Shown: positions 1-9,569, counted from the first letter of the stretch. The stretch is DNA of 30,016 nt from Nitrososphaeraceae archaeon (GCA_044870765.1 JBIOZG010000059.1:1-30016), one strand, 5' to 3'. The notes: a model not told the origin generated them from the letters alone. Numbers and translations: made by a program.

Positions 1-1153
1 CTGCTCCTTCTTCACAGACTACAGATTCACTGCCTGCTGGTGCTACACATGTTCCTGTTGGATGATCAGTTGCTGTCGAGTTTTCCATTGCTACTACTGC
101 AAATGCACCACCTTTTACGACATCTGCCATTGCGTGGTCAACACCTACATAGACACCTGGGTCTGGGAATGTTGATTCAATTACCGAACCTGCTGCTGGA
201 GGTATCCACCATGTTTCGTCGTTAATGTCCTGTGTTCCAAGTCCGTTGTTTGCTTGATTGGTGCCATCTTTGACTGTAATCATTCCGCTGATAAAGTGGA
301 ATGATACACCGTCGTTGGGTCCTGCATTAACTATATACCATCTAGTCAATTCACCTGGTTTTACTTTGAACAGTTCTGCGTTCTTGTTTAGTTCTAGTTT
401 GTTTACTTCACCAACTGCTGGAACATATTTGTGAGCCATACCGTTTGTCATTACCAAGTCTGGATTCTTTGATATGAATTTGCCAATATCAAATGATCCT
501 GCTGTTCCATTTGTACCTACAAATGGTCCCTTGTCAGCATTGTTGTACAATTCACTGAATACTACATAGAATTCCTTTGCTTTTTCTTCGTTTGTTGGAT
601 GAACAACTATGCCACCATACATTCCATTAGAAATGTGTTCCCATATTCCGTTGAGACCATCAGCGCCACAGTGATATATGAATACACCTGGGAATTCTCC
701 TGTAAGTGACCATGTCTTTGATTCACCTGGTTTTACGCTACCAGATAATGCTTTACCTGGACCATAGCCTGCATGAAAGTCAAGACTGTGTATAGTCTTT
801 CCTTCATTCTTCAATGTGATGTTTAATGTATCTCCCTGGTTTATTGATATAACTGGAGCGGGTATGGTACCATTGAACGTATATGCATTATACGTGATAC
901 CTCCTGGATGTAAAGCGTTATCAGGAGCGACTTCAACTTCTTTTTCTGATGCAATCAAAGTTACGTGTTTGACTTTTCCTTGTCCTTGTTGTTGATCTTG
1001 TCCTTGATCTTGTCCTTGATCTTGTCCTTGTTGTTGATCTTGATCTTGCTGTGCACGTACCACATTGGCTGAAAAATATGGAGCCAAAGCAACACTGCTT
1101 ACAAGCAAGAAACTAGCTACTAGTAAGCTTGTCAGTACTAAACTACGATTCAT
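1..1153 (-). CDS. nirK: Copper-containing nitrite reductase, AOA-type NirK (3' end runs off the window)
   Basis: Manual translation from ATG at 1153 is open for 384 codons to the edge. It has a signal peptide (MNRSLVLTSLLVASFLLVSSVALA) and the Cu-site motifs IHSLDFHA, YHCGADGLNGIWEHISNGMYG, SFHFISG and GVDHAM. It is absent from the ORF track because no stop lies in the window. Confidence 0.93.
   Translation of the reverse strand, partial: MNRSLVLTSLLVASFLLVSSVALAPYFSANVVRAQQDQDQQQGQDQGQDQGQDQQQGQGKVKHVTLIASEKEVEVAPDNALHPGGITYNAYTFNGTIPAPVISINQGDTLNITLKNEGKTIHSLDFHAGYGPGKALSGSVKPGESKTWSLTGEFPGVFIYHCGADGLNGIWEHISNGMYGGIVVHPTNEEKAKEFYVVFSELYNNADKGPFVGTNGTAGSFDIGKFISKNPDLVMTNGMAHKYVPAVGEVNKLELNKNAELFKVKPGELTRWYIVNAGPNDGVSFHFISGMITVKDGTNQANNGLGTQDINDETWWIPPAAGSVIESTFPDPGVYVGVDHAMADVVKGGAFAVVAMENSTATDHPTGTCVAPAGSESVVCEEGA
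977..1051 (-). repeat. In-frame Gln/Asp/Gly low-complexity tandem repeat in NirK (QQDQDQQQGQDQGQDQGQDQQQGQG)
   Basis: The 12-bp unit TGATCTTGTCCT occurs about three times, with TTG triplets, directly after the signal peptide. Confidence 0.9.
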
Positions 1154-1175
1154 TATCCGCATTGTATAGTATTCC

Positions 1176-1186
1176 ACTATAAATAT
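1176..1186 (-). promoter_or_regulatory. Putative TATA box of nirK
   Basis: ATATTTATAG on the minus strand, about 25-30 nt upstream of the ATG at 1153, in an AT-rich intergenic region. Confidence 0.5.
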
Positions 1187-1354
1187 TCTTCTGAGATAAG
1201 AATAAAATATTCTATTTTAGCTCATAATTTTCTTAAAACTATATTTTTATCATAAAATTACACACATTTTTTTAATTAGATTAGTTCAAAATATAATTAT
1301 TAAAGAATTATTAAATCAAGTTACAAAATAAGCTAGCGTAAAAATCAATCAAAA

Positions 1355-2119
1355 TTAGTCATCTGTGAGCAATTTCTTCATTTCTTGATAGTCTTCTTTA
1401 CTTATTTCCCCTTTCGCAAATCTAATTTTAAGAATATGCAATGGGTCATCTGTCCCAATAATTATCGATTTTTTTAAAAGATTGGAAGGTACCGACGAGC
1501 CACCTCTACTCTTCATGACATTCATTGATTCACTGCTCTCAGCAAGACCAGAAATATTGGTTTGCATCTGAGGTTTTTGTACAAGATAACATTCCTTACA
1601 TAACATGAGGTTGGGATTCCAACTAATTCTTGCCGAGTATTTTCTAATGCCAAGCTTCTTTTGGCAAATGCAACAATAATTCTTTTCATGACTAGACAAT
1701 AAAGCATAGCATGATTCACATAATTCACTATGTGTAGCCCAACCTATGGAGGGGATGTTCCGAGATATACCTAGTTTGAATTTTTTCTTACATATCGCAC
1801 AATTATCCAGGTCTTCGAATTTTATGTCTACATCTTGTCCGACAATAGGTAAAAGTAAACTAAATAGGCTACCGGCAAATTTCCTATCCAAGCCACGTTT
1901 TGAATAATCATATATTTCAACCCCAGTGGGTTTTTCCTTTAGGACAATTTGAAAATTTATTCCAGCTTGGTTTTGAGTTCCAAACATGGATTTTCCCACA
2001 ATATTATGTCTTTGCTTATCGGCGTACTTTATTTCCGCATTCTTTTTGCAACACTCAAGTACAGTATTAAAAATATCATCATTCAGATCGGAAAACGATA
2101 CTGACGCTTTTATTGTCAC
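1355..2119 (-). CDS. Hypothetical protein with two C4 zinc-finger repeats and a C-terminal SHOCT-like domain
   Basis: CAIC..W..LCESCY and CCIC..W..LCKECY repeats. The C-terminus DDPLHILKIRFAKGEISKEDYQEMKKLL fits the SHOCT pattern. Confidence 0.75.
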   Translation of the reverse strand: MTIKASVSFSDLNDDIFNTVLECCKKNAEIKYADKQRHNIVGKSMFGTQNQAGINFQIVLKEKPTGVEIYDYSKRGLDRKFAGSLFSLLLPIVGQDVDIKFEDLDNCAICKKKFKLGISRNIPSIGWATHSELCESCYALLSSHEKNYCCICQKKLGIRKYSARISWNPNLMLCKECYLVQKPQMQTNISGLAESSESMNVMKSRGGSSVPSNLLKKSIIIGTDDPLHILKIRFAKGEISKEDYQEMKKLLTDD

Positions 2120-2204
2120 ACAATAAGGTATTCAGTATAGATAGAAAAATTTTTCTAACGACGCTCTCAATTTGTAGAATAATCGGGGAAAACCTATCAA
2201 CTGA

Positions 2205-2837
2205 TTAAACAGGAAACCCAAATTTCAATGGAGAAGGGAGGAAGAGGTTATCGAAATCAACACCTGTTACTTCAAGTGATACCGTATAATTCCCCGGAGA
2301 AAAAATTTTACCGATAACCTTTATCGGACCGCTAAAGTCAGATACATAACTTGCTGAAAGGGTGTCGAAATTTGCATTTACCCGATACGGGTCAATTGTA
2401 GATGGAACAAATTCCATAAGTATATGCCCATCATGACTATGAACTGTTTCTGTAAATAGCCTTTGATTAGCATTAGATATGGTTACAAGAAATGTTGTGT
2501 GTTGTATGTTGTTCCCTGTTTTGTTATCTAACAAAGTAAAATCGAGATTAACATTATTATTTGTTGGTACTTGGGCTGCTTTGAACGTTAACATTGCATT
2601 TCGATCGCCAATAGTAACCATGGGCATGTTATGGCCGTCTCCGAGTTCAGCGCCAAATATTTGATTGCTTGAATAATTGACATACGATATGCAGATAATT
2701 GGTGTTAATAAACCCAAAACTTTAATTGAAATGAATTCTTGAGTTGAAACCATATCCTGATTCAGGATAGGAATTGCATTTAAATTATTACCTAAAAGGA
2801 CGATTAAATGGTCTCGTAAAATAATATAAATTACCAT
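2205..2837 (-). CDS. Secreted His-rich hypothetical protein, paralogous to the N-terminal domain of 2855..4186 (true start probably downstream of 2837)
   Basis: Hydrophobic signal-like segment, then GDGHNMPM, HTTF and VHSHDGH. It aligns by eye to the neighbouring protein. Confidence 0.7.
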   Translation of the reverse strand: MVIYIILRDHLIVLLGNNLNAIPILNQDMVSTQEFISIKVLGLLTPIICISYVNYSSNQIFGAELGDGHNMPMVTIGDRNAMLTFKAAQVPTNNNVNLDFTLLDNKTGNNIQHTTFLVTISNANQRLFTETVHSHDGHILMEFVPSTIDPYRVNANFDTLSASYVSDFSGPIKVIGKIFSPGNYTVSLEVTGVDFDNLFLPSPLKFGFPV

Positions 2838-2854
2838 TTATTTGCTAGACTGAC

Positions 2855-4186
2855 ATGGAAAAGATTATCAAAATAATTGTCTGTTTTCTATTTGCAACTG
2901 GCTCCATTTTAATTCCGAATTTGCTACAAGCAAACGCTGATGGTATATTCGAAGAAAATTTACCCCCCGCTACTGTGGGCAATAGAGTAGCAAGTCTCTA
3001 TACAAAAATCAGCCCGCCAATATTGACATCCGATACCATGCAAAATGCATTTTTCCAATTAAAATTATTTGATTCAAAGACTGGAGATAACATTACCAAT
3101 GTCAATTATTTTTTAACCATTAACAAGGGAGACAAAATGCTACTCCGAGAATTATTTTATTCCAAAGACGGTCCACTTACCTTAAAAATTGAGCCAGGCG
3201 AAGGCCCTGTTAATGTATATGGGACTACAGAACCTTTTTTGGGCGGATGGTCAAGTGAAACAGGACAAATTACGATTTCCGGCCCTGTCCTCACTCAAGG
3301 AGGTTTATATCATTTTGCCATAGAAATCTTTGGAATTGACAATGTTAGAAACATCTTCAAACCTGAAAATGCGCCCAAGTTTGATTCTTACCTCAGTATT
3401 GGTGATGTCTCTAAAGCGAACTTGACCTTTGGAAATACTAACTATAACAGCACACTAATCTCATATTATGATAAAATCCAAAATTTCACTTTTGAACCAA
3501 AAAACCTGGAAGCAAAATGGTCTATGCCATTCAATTGGAATGTGTCAAGAATAAAATCACAGAATATTTTTGTTCATGAAGAAATCAAGTTTCCAAAATC
3601 ATTCAGCGAGTTTTCAAATTCTTCTATATTTAATGGGACTGTAAATGGACAACCATTGGTAGGTAGATCGCTTGCAGTAGATCCTTTTACTTCGGAAAAG
3701 GCACTAATAATTCATTTTCTACTGAACAAAAATGATATCATTAAAATGGCTGAAAATAAAAATGCGTTGGCCGTTAGCAATGATTCTATGAAATTTACAA
3801 TTCGTCCGTTGAAAAATCAAACCCAGAAAACATCTTTTGAGGTGGTAACAGACGCAGGAGCAATACATGCATTGTTAGGATGGAACCCAAACCCCCCCGT
3901 GGTTGGAAAAAATAATCTGAACATTAATTTCAGTGACGCATTAAATGGTAATCGATTGAACGCCGATGTAACTTACAATTTGAATATTCGTACGAAGGAT
4001 GGACAAGAAATTGTGAAAACTAATAACATTACAGCCATAAATGGGATTTCAAACCAGACATTATCATTCCCTTCCAAAGGATTGTTTAATCTAGAAGTTA
4101 AGGTAAATTCGCTAAAATTTGCTAACCAAACTAACCTTGACACAACTCGAAACGGTATTGCAAGGGGATTTGTTGTAATACCCTGA
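2855..4186 (+). CDS. Secreted thaumarchaeal surface protein (PEFG-CTERM-associated family-like, no C-terminal anchor)
   Basis: Signal peptide ending LQANA, many N-x-S/T sequons, beta-rich, family-like motifs GGLYHF and MPFNW. It ends at ..FVVIP*. Confidence 0.75.
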   Translation: MEKIIKIIVCFLFATGSILIPNLLQANADGIFEENLPPATVGNRVASLYTKISPPILTSDTMQNAFFQLKLFDSKTGDNITNVNYFLTINKGDKMLLRELFYSKDGPLTLKIEPGEGPVNVYGTTEPFLGGWSSETGQITISGPVLTQGGLYHFAIEIFGIDNVRNIFKPENAPKFDSYLSIGDVSKANLTFGNTNYNSTLISYYDKIQNFTFEPKNLEAKWSMPFNWNVSRIKSQNIFVHEEIKFPKSFSEFSNSSIFNGTVNGQPLVGRSLAVDPFTSEKALIIHFLLNKNDIIKMAENKNALAVSNDSMKFTIRPLKNQTQKTSFEVVTDAGAIHALLGWNPNPPVVGKNNLNINFSDALNGNRLNADVTYNLNIRTKDGQEIVKTNNITAINGISNQTLSFPSKGLFNLEVKVNSLKFANQTNLDTTRNGIARGFVVIP

Positions 4187-4353
4187 TTACTGTTTTGAAT
4201 CCGCAGGGACGACTTATATGTCCAATACAAAAAAAATAGAATCAATCCCAAAAAATGGACCCAAAAAATGCAATAGTTTGTCGTTGGCTTGATACTAATT
4301 CCACCCAGGTCTAATTGTTGAAAAATATCACGATGTCATTTGATTTAATTTAA

Positions 4354-5085
4354 TCAGTGATCCAGATTTTTCATACCCTTATTTCTTTCAATATGATCCA
4401 ATACATCCTCATATTGCGCATCAAATGGTTTGGTGGAAATCGACAGACGTTCAATCTTTGTAAAGGACTTTACTATACTCTTTGCCGCAAGAGGTTGTGG
4501 CAAGGTTTTGTCTGGAATCTCACCGTAAAATCCAATAGCGTCTATATTTCTGTCCGAAGCTAATCCCAAGATAAGACCATTAAACCAAGTTATTGTGGTA
4601 AACTCGGAACCTAGAGTGTCCACGTTAGAACTTTGAAGAATTTCCATCAATTCAGAGTTAGTTGCTACACCTACAACTCTGGGTTCTCCTGTAATCATCT
4701 CATTTAATGAGCCACCTGCAGTATAGAGTCTTTTTACTGGGCCAATTGAGGTACAAAAATCAAGAAATGTATTACACAAGTCGAGAAGTTCTCTATGGTC
4801 TTCCGGCTGTGCCTCGCCGGTGAGAATCAATAGCTTTTCTCTTTTTGCAAAATAGATTTTGTATATGTCCTTTGCCGATACTACAATACCATCCTTGACA
4901 TTAACCCACGGTTTAGGGTTTGAAATAATATTTGCAATATGTTCAGTCTCTAAGTTACTAGCCAAAAATGAAGATACTAATCCACCAACTCTACCCATAT
5001 CAGGGAGAGAAGCAAATATCGTAAAGGAATCTACTTTCTTTTTTACCAGAATATCTAGAATCACCATTTTGCATCTGTTCTCCAT
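4354..5085 (-). CDS. PAC2-family proteasome assembly chaperone-like protein
   Basis: Motifs LPDMGRVGGLV, GEAQP, YTAGG, NGLILG and PQPLAAK are typical of the PAC2/DUF75 family. Confidence 0.85.
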   Translation of the reverse strand: MENRCKMVILDILVKKKVDSFTIFASLPDMGRVGGLVSSFLASNLETEHIANIISNPKPWVNVKDGIVVSAKDIYKIYFAKREKLLILTGEAQPEDHRELLDLCNTFLDFCTSIGPVKRLYTAGGSLNEMITGEPRVVGVATNSELMEILQSSNVDTLGSEFTTITWFNGLILGLASDRNIDAIGFYGEIPDKTLPQPLAAKSIVKSFTKIERLSISTKPFDAQYEDVLDHIERNKGMKNLDH

Positions 5086-5133
5086 ATGCCTACGCCGGCA
5101 AGGAATTCAGTTAATTTTTTCAATATAAAGAGT

Positions 5134-5697
5134 TTAGAGTTTGTCTTCTTCTTCTACTAAATTATCTACAGGTTCTCCCTCAGGCAAAGGTGCATTCTTA
5201 TCGACTTTAAATTTGAAAAGCTCGTCCCAGTCCATTCCCAAAATAACGTTTCTTCCTACCGCAATGATTTTTGATTTAGGAACATCGAACCTATAATCAC
5301 GTTCGCCAAAGATAATGATCTTGTCATCAGTCTCCTTCATCACATGTCCAACATGATCTTCATTTGCTATCCGCACTCCTTTATTGAAGAGCGTCTTGGC
5401 ATATTCTTTCATATATGTTTTCAAATCAGTAGTTCCATCAGAACCCCAAGGATCTACGTATTTAGTCGTAGGCAGCGGTGCATCCCTGTCGACAGAGTAT
5501 TTTTTGGCAATTTCATCAAATTTTAATCCTACCAACACATTTTTACTTACGGTCTGAATTTCCGATAACGGTATGTCGTATCTTTCCTTTCCATCTCCAA
5601 ACACAACGATTTTGTCATCAGTTTCTCTTACAACGTAGCCAACATGAGGTGCATCTAGTGCTATTACTGCCCTATTGAAATATTTTCCCGATGTCAT
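5134..5697 (-). CDS. Hypothetical protein made of two ~70-aa internal repeats (PRC-barrel-like)
   Basis: HVGYVVRETDDKIVVFG..RYDIP..APLP versus HVGHVMKETDDKIIIFG..RFDVP..APLP. Confidence 0.8.
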   Translation of the reverse strand: MTSGKYFNRAVIALDAPHVGYVVRETDDKIVVFGDGKERYDIPLSEIQTVSKNVLVGLKFDEIAKKYSVDRDAPLPTTKYVDPWGSDGTTDLKTYMKEYAKTLFNKGVRIANEDHVGHVMKETDDKIIIFGERDYRFDVPKSKIIAVGRNVILGMDWDELFKFKVDKNAPLPEGEPVDNLVEEEDKL

Positions 5698-5911
5698 ATA
5701 TTATTTTTAATATCTACTATGCTGTATATTAATAAATAGTTACAAAGACGTATTCAGGCTGTTGCGACCCCGGATTTTGAATTTCTATACCTTCTTTATT
5801 AGGCTCAGTTAGATATTATAATTTGTTTTAGCGATTGAGGCAATTCCAATTTGATTTCAGCACAAATGCTAATATATCCAATTGTACCTATTACATATAA
5901 CAAGAAAACAA

Positions 5912-6061
5912 TTGAGCGTTCCTTTAACGTCTCTAAAAAAGAATAAACAAAGCGTCCCCGCCCTTGATGAAGCGGCGTTGGAAAAATTAAGGAAATACTA
6001 TAGATTTGAAAGAAAAGAAGAATTACTCGAATTTTTGAAGATACAGTGTATGCACGATTAG
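5912..6061 (+). CDS. 49-aa micro-protein, paralog of 6145..6300 (not in ORF track)
   Basis: TTG start; MSVPLTSLKKNKQSVPALDEAALEKLRKYYRFERKEELLEFLKIQCMHD*. It shares its core motif with the next ORF. Confidence 0.6.
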   Translation: MSVPLTSLKKNKQSVPALDEAALEKLRKYYRFERKEELLEFLKIQCMHD

Positions 6062-6144
6062 TAATCATTAATTTTTTCTCCAAATTCAATTTTTCATTAT
6101 AATTTTTTGAAATACTTAAGTGCGATTAGATATTTTAATATGGT

Positions 6145-6300
6145 ATGGAAAAAGCAAAAGTAAAAAGATATCCACATTACGATGATGAAACTTTAGAAAA
6201 GATGAAAAGATACTACAAGATTGATGATCAGGACGAACTTTTGCGATTCATAGAGACTCATGGACTGAAGAATTCTGATTTTGAACTAGAAAACTCATGA
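6145..6300 (+). CDS. 51-aa micro-protein (not in ORF track)
   Basis: MEKAKVKRYPHYDDETLEKMKRYYKIDDQDELLRFIETHGLKNSDFELENS*. ATG start, AT-rich upstream region, paralogous to 5912..6061. Confidence 0.7.
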   Translation: MEKAKVKRYPHYDDETLEKMKRYYKIDDQDELLRFIETHGLKNSDFELENS

Positions 6301-6348
6301 GGTATGTTTAGTAATGGAATTGGAATTTTCTTATTAGGGTAGAGTTAT

Positions 6349-7578
6349 TTGTATTTGTTAGACCTCATATCACAAATAAACACATCACAAATAAACACTG
6401 GCTTTTTAATTCAAGATTTCGCAGTAGTAATGATTGTAGCCGCTGTTATGGTATTTGTTACCCACAAACTAAAACAGCCGATGGTAATTGGATATTTATT
6501 AGCAGGTATGGTAATTGGACCATTTACTCCCCCATTTAGTCTGATACACGAAGTGGCCACAATCAATACGCTAGCTGAGCTTGGAATAATCATACTTTTG
6601 TTTGTAATAGGAACGGAATTTCCTATTACTAAGCTAAAGTCTGTTGGAAGGGTTTCAATGATTGTGGGTATTGCAGAATCATTGGGAACTTTGTTAATTA
6701 CGTTCTTCGTATCTCAAACACTTGGGTTTTCGCAATTTGACTCGATGTTTCTGGCACTGGCTATGTCTGTTACTAGTACTGTGGTTACAGTAAAGATATT
6801 AGAAGAATTGAACATGATAAATGAAAAATCAAGTGTATTGATAATGGGAATACTGATAGTTGAAGATGTTATAGTCATTACTACTTTAGGTATTCTACAA
6901 TCTCTGGCCTTGACAGCTGCAGTATCATTTGTCCACGTAATAATTTCGGTAGCAATAGTAGTGGGATTCATCGCTGGTATACTAATTCTAGGTTCGAGAT
7001 ATCTACCGCCACTGATAGACAAGCTGGCTAGAAAAACTGATTATTCTGTATTAATTATTGTTATACTTGGTCTCGCATTTGGTTTATCTTTTGTTGCAAT
7101 TGAGCTTGGATTATCACCAGTTATAGGCGCATTTTTAGCCGGTGTGCTTGTAGCAGAATCAAATAGTGCCGGAATAGCACGGGTCATAACTATCCCTCTT
7201 CGAGACGTGTTTGCAGCATTATTCTTCGTATCGGTAGGTGCCCTTGTGGATGTGTCAAAAATTCCTCTTTTTATCATTCCAGCTTTAATCCTTATTGTCA
7301 CGTCATTTATGGCAAAAATGTTGATTATCATCCCTGTCTTAATTAAAGCAGGATACGACACTACTACGGCCGTTAGAACAGGTCTTGGGTTGTCATCGGC
7401 CAGAGGCGAAATGTCATTGATAGTTGGAAAAGGTGGTCAGGATGTAGGCGCTGTCTCGTCATATGTTCTTCCTATTTTGGGAGTTGTTACAATTGTTACC
7501 ACTTTTGTTACCCCCTATATATTGAAAATGGGGGCTAAACTGAACATATCATCGGGTTTGAACCCTGACAAAAATTAA
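6349..7578 (+). CDS. Cation:proton antiporter, CPA2 (KefB/NapA-like) family, membrane domain only
   Basis: About 12-13 TM segments with motifs GYLLAGMVIGP, LAELG, TSTVV, GILIVED, GAFLAG and RGE. Confidence 0.92.
   Translation: MYLLDLISQINTSQINTGFLIQDFAVVMIVAAVMVFVTHKLKQPMVIGYLLAGMVIGPFTPPFSLIHEVATINTLAELGIIILLFVIGTEFPITKLKSVGRVSMIVGIAESLGTLLITFFVSQTLGFSQFDSMFLALAMSVTSTVVTVKILEELNMINEKSSVLIMGILIVEDVIVITTLGILQSLALTAAVSFVHVIISVAIVVGFIAGILILGSRYLPPLIDKLARKTDYSVLIIVILGLAFGLSFVAIELGLSPVIGAFLAGVLVAESNSAGIARVITIPLRDVFAALFFVSVGALVDVSKIPLFIIPALILIVTSFMAKMLIIIPVLIKAGYDTTTAVRTGLGLSSARGEMSLIVGKGGQDVGAVSSYVLPILGVVTIVTTFVTPYILKMGAKLNISSGLNPDKN
6369..6398 (+). repeat. Perfect 15-bp tandem duplication (ATCACAAATAAACAC x2; SQINT x2)
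   Basis: Read directly from the sequence; in frame at the antiporter N-terminus. Confidence 0.9.
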
Positions 7579-7656
7579 TCGGAATCGAAATCTAGAATCA
7601 TCAATGCATTGAATCTATCTTGAATTCATAAAGCGTTTCAGAGTGTTACGAATGAT

Positions 7657-8610
7657 TTAGGAATGATTTAGGATACCGGCAACTCTTACGGTGTGTTCAT
7701 TAGGTGGAATAAATATGTTAGTTGTGATAGTCTTGCCATTGTTTGTAATCTGCTCATTCTGAACTTCCAGATTGTCCAAAAATATCGTTAAATTGTGACT
7801 GTTATTTGACTGTGGTATCTTTAAGGTGATGATACCTCCCAGTGGATTATAGTGATCAGCGGTAAAAGATATGCTATCCGTTGACTCATTATATCCGAAA
7901 TCGCTTATCTTTGCGACACTCTCCAAGCCATATGGCAAAAACTTTCCATTACCCAAGTCAAGAGTGTTAATTGGAGAGTTTGGATTAAATCCTGCACAAC
8001 TGAAATAATTTGCATTACTCGCTATAGCATAATCTGGCCTTGCTGAAAAATGCTTTATCTCTCCCGGATTTAGTGTTGAGATAGTATTAGATTTAATGGA
8101 ATCAATTTGGCTTCCATTCTTGTCATGAACTGATGCAAAAACGTTAATGTTCTTCACTACAACATTTCCTACGTTCTTCAGGCTTCCGACAAGTTCCTTG
8201 TTTTGGCCTACTGGGAAATTGGAATAATTTTGCACGATGACATTGTAATAAGGCTCATTTCCATTTTTCATTTCAAGTAAATACGGTTTACCTAATACTT
8301 CATGGTCGTCACTAATCTTGAATTTAAAGGGAGATTCCTTTCCCGGAAAAATAATTTTACTAAATGTAGTATCCCGTAATATGGTTTTTGAACCATCGAT
8401 TTTATTATGAACATCTAATCCTACTGTGACCTGTTCTGAAGTTGTTCCAAGATTTGTCACAACTCCTATGACATTTAATTTGCCATTAGAATCAACAAAG
8501 GAGGTTCCGGAAGAAATTTCGATATCCTCTCCATAAACAAAACTAAGGTTAAAAAGGCAAATATACGCAGTAAACAAAAAAGAAACCAGACTTATTAGGA
8601 TTAAATTCAC
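7657..8610 (-). CDS. Secreted/surface protein with FxLYD-like Ig domains
   Basis: Signal peptide; repeated 'G.V.N.G' strands, 'SVHDKNG' and 'PGKESPF/LNPGEIKHF' patterns. Confidence 0.7.
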   Translation of the reverse strand: MNLILISLVSFLFTAYICLFNLSFVYGEDIEISSGTSFVDSNGKLNVIGVVTNLGTTSEQVTVGLDVHNKIDGSKTILRDTTFSKIIFPGKESPFKFKISDDHEVLGKPYLLEMKNGNEPYYNVIVQNYSNFPVGQNKELVGSLKNVGNVVVKNINVFASVHDKNGSQIDSIKSNTISTLNPGEIKHFSARPDYAIASNANYFSCAGFNPNSPINTLDLGNGKFLPYGLESVAKISDFGYNESTDSISFTADHYNPLGGIITLKIPQSNNSHNLTIFLDNLEVQNEQITNNGKTITTNIFIPPNEHTVRVAGILNHS

Positions 8611-8687
8611 AATAGTAGATACTCAAAGGGAAAATAAATATCATTACGAAATGAAGCGCATAACATCCTTAAAAAATCAAAATATAT

Positions 8688-9569
8688 CTAGATTTTTTGA
8701 CTAGATATTTTGTCATACGGTTTCATTACTTCCGGGAGTTTTTCTATCAGATCCGTCGCTACTAAATGAAGACCGACCTGTTCAGTTGCTGCAGTCGCAG
8801 CCAACCCATTGAAATAAACTGCAAGAGCAGACGCCTCAAAAGGTGAGTTCATCTTTGTATAAAGCGCGGCTACGAGGCCCGCAAGCACATCTCCGGTTCC
8901 TCCAACAGTCATAGCAGGAGTACTCCTTTTTATTGATGCAACCTTTCCTGTCGGGTCAGCGATAATATTTAACCAGCCCTTTAGTATTACAGTAATCTTA
9001 TACTTTGTAGCCATTCTTGAAACGGTCGATATAGTTTGTTCTTCATTGATTCCCAAATCCTCATCAAAAATTCTTTTGAATTCACCTGCATGTGGTGTTA
9101 CTATGGTATCAGTTTCTTTAATTTCTTTAAGAACTTGCGGAATTAGCGATGAAGCATCTAGTACTAGCTTTATTTCCTTTTCCTTAAGTTTCTTGATAAG
9201 TGAGTTTAACGCTTCAACCTTGGATATTGTCATCCCCATTCCTATAGTAGCAGTGTTAGGTATCTTTGGTAGACCCATAACCAAACGATTAGCAGATCCA
9301 ACTGTTAGAGAGTTATCTACCATCGGCAATGCAATGAGATTTGGCGATTGGGATCTTATTGCATTGATAATAGTTTTAGGAACCGCGGTATAAACCAAGT
9401 CAGCGCCAGCACGCAGTACAGTTAATGATGCCAACAATGGAGCACCATGATACAAACTACTACCACCTACGACAAGCACTATCCCATTATCTCCTTTCCT
9501 ACAATTTTCATATCGAGGCGTTACGCGATTAACAACATAGTCCCTTGTCACAGGAATTAATTCAGTCAA
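8688..9569 (-). CDS. nnrD: ADP/ATP-dependent NAD(P)H-hydrate dehydratase (YjeF C-terminal domain)
   Basis: Motifs KGDNG.VLVVGGS..YHGAP, VLDA, TPHAGEF, LKG and MTVGGTGDVLAG. Confidence 0.93.
   Translation of the reverse strand: MTELIPVTRDYVVNRVTPRYENCRKGDNGIVLVVGGSSLYHGAPLLASLTVLRAGADLVYTAVPKTIINAIRSQSPNLIALPMVDNSLTVGSANRLVMGLPKIPNTATIGMGMTISKVEALNSLIKKLKEKEIKLVLDASSLIPQVLKEIKETDTIVTPHAGEFKRIFDEDLGINEEQTISTVSRMATKYKITVILKGWLNIIADPTGKVASIKRSTPAMTVGGTGDVLAGLVAALYTKMNSPFEASALAVYFNGLAATAATEQVGLHLVATDLIEKLPEVMKPYDKISSQKI

Noticed and set aside
40-225. 61-aa + strand ORF
   Set aside because: Antisense shadow of nirK.
5950-5980. GC-rich CCCCGCCCTT..GCGG hairpin resembling an IS200/IS605 end or a C/D box (TGATGA)
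   Set aside because: Explained as coding sequence (VPALDEAA). No transposase or D box is nearby.
5805-6089. 94-aa - strand ORF
   Set aside because: Antisense to the better-supported 5912..6061 micro-ORF, with no recognisable motifs.
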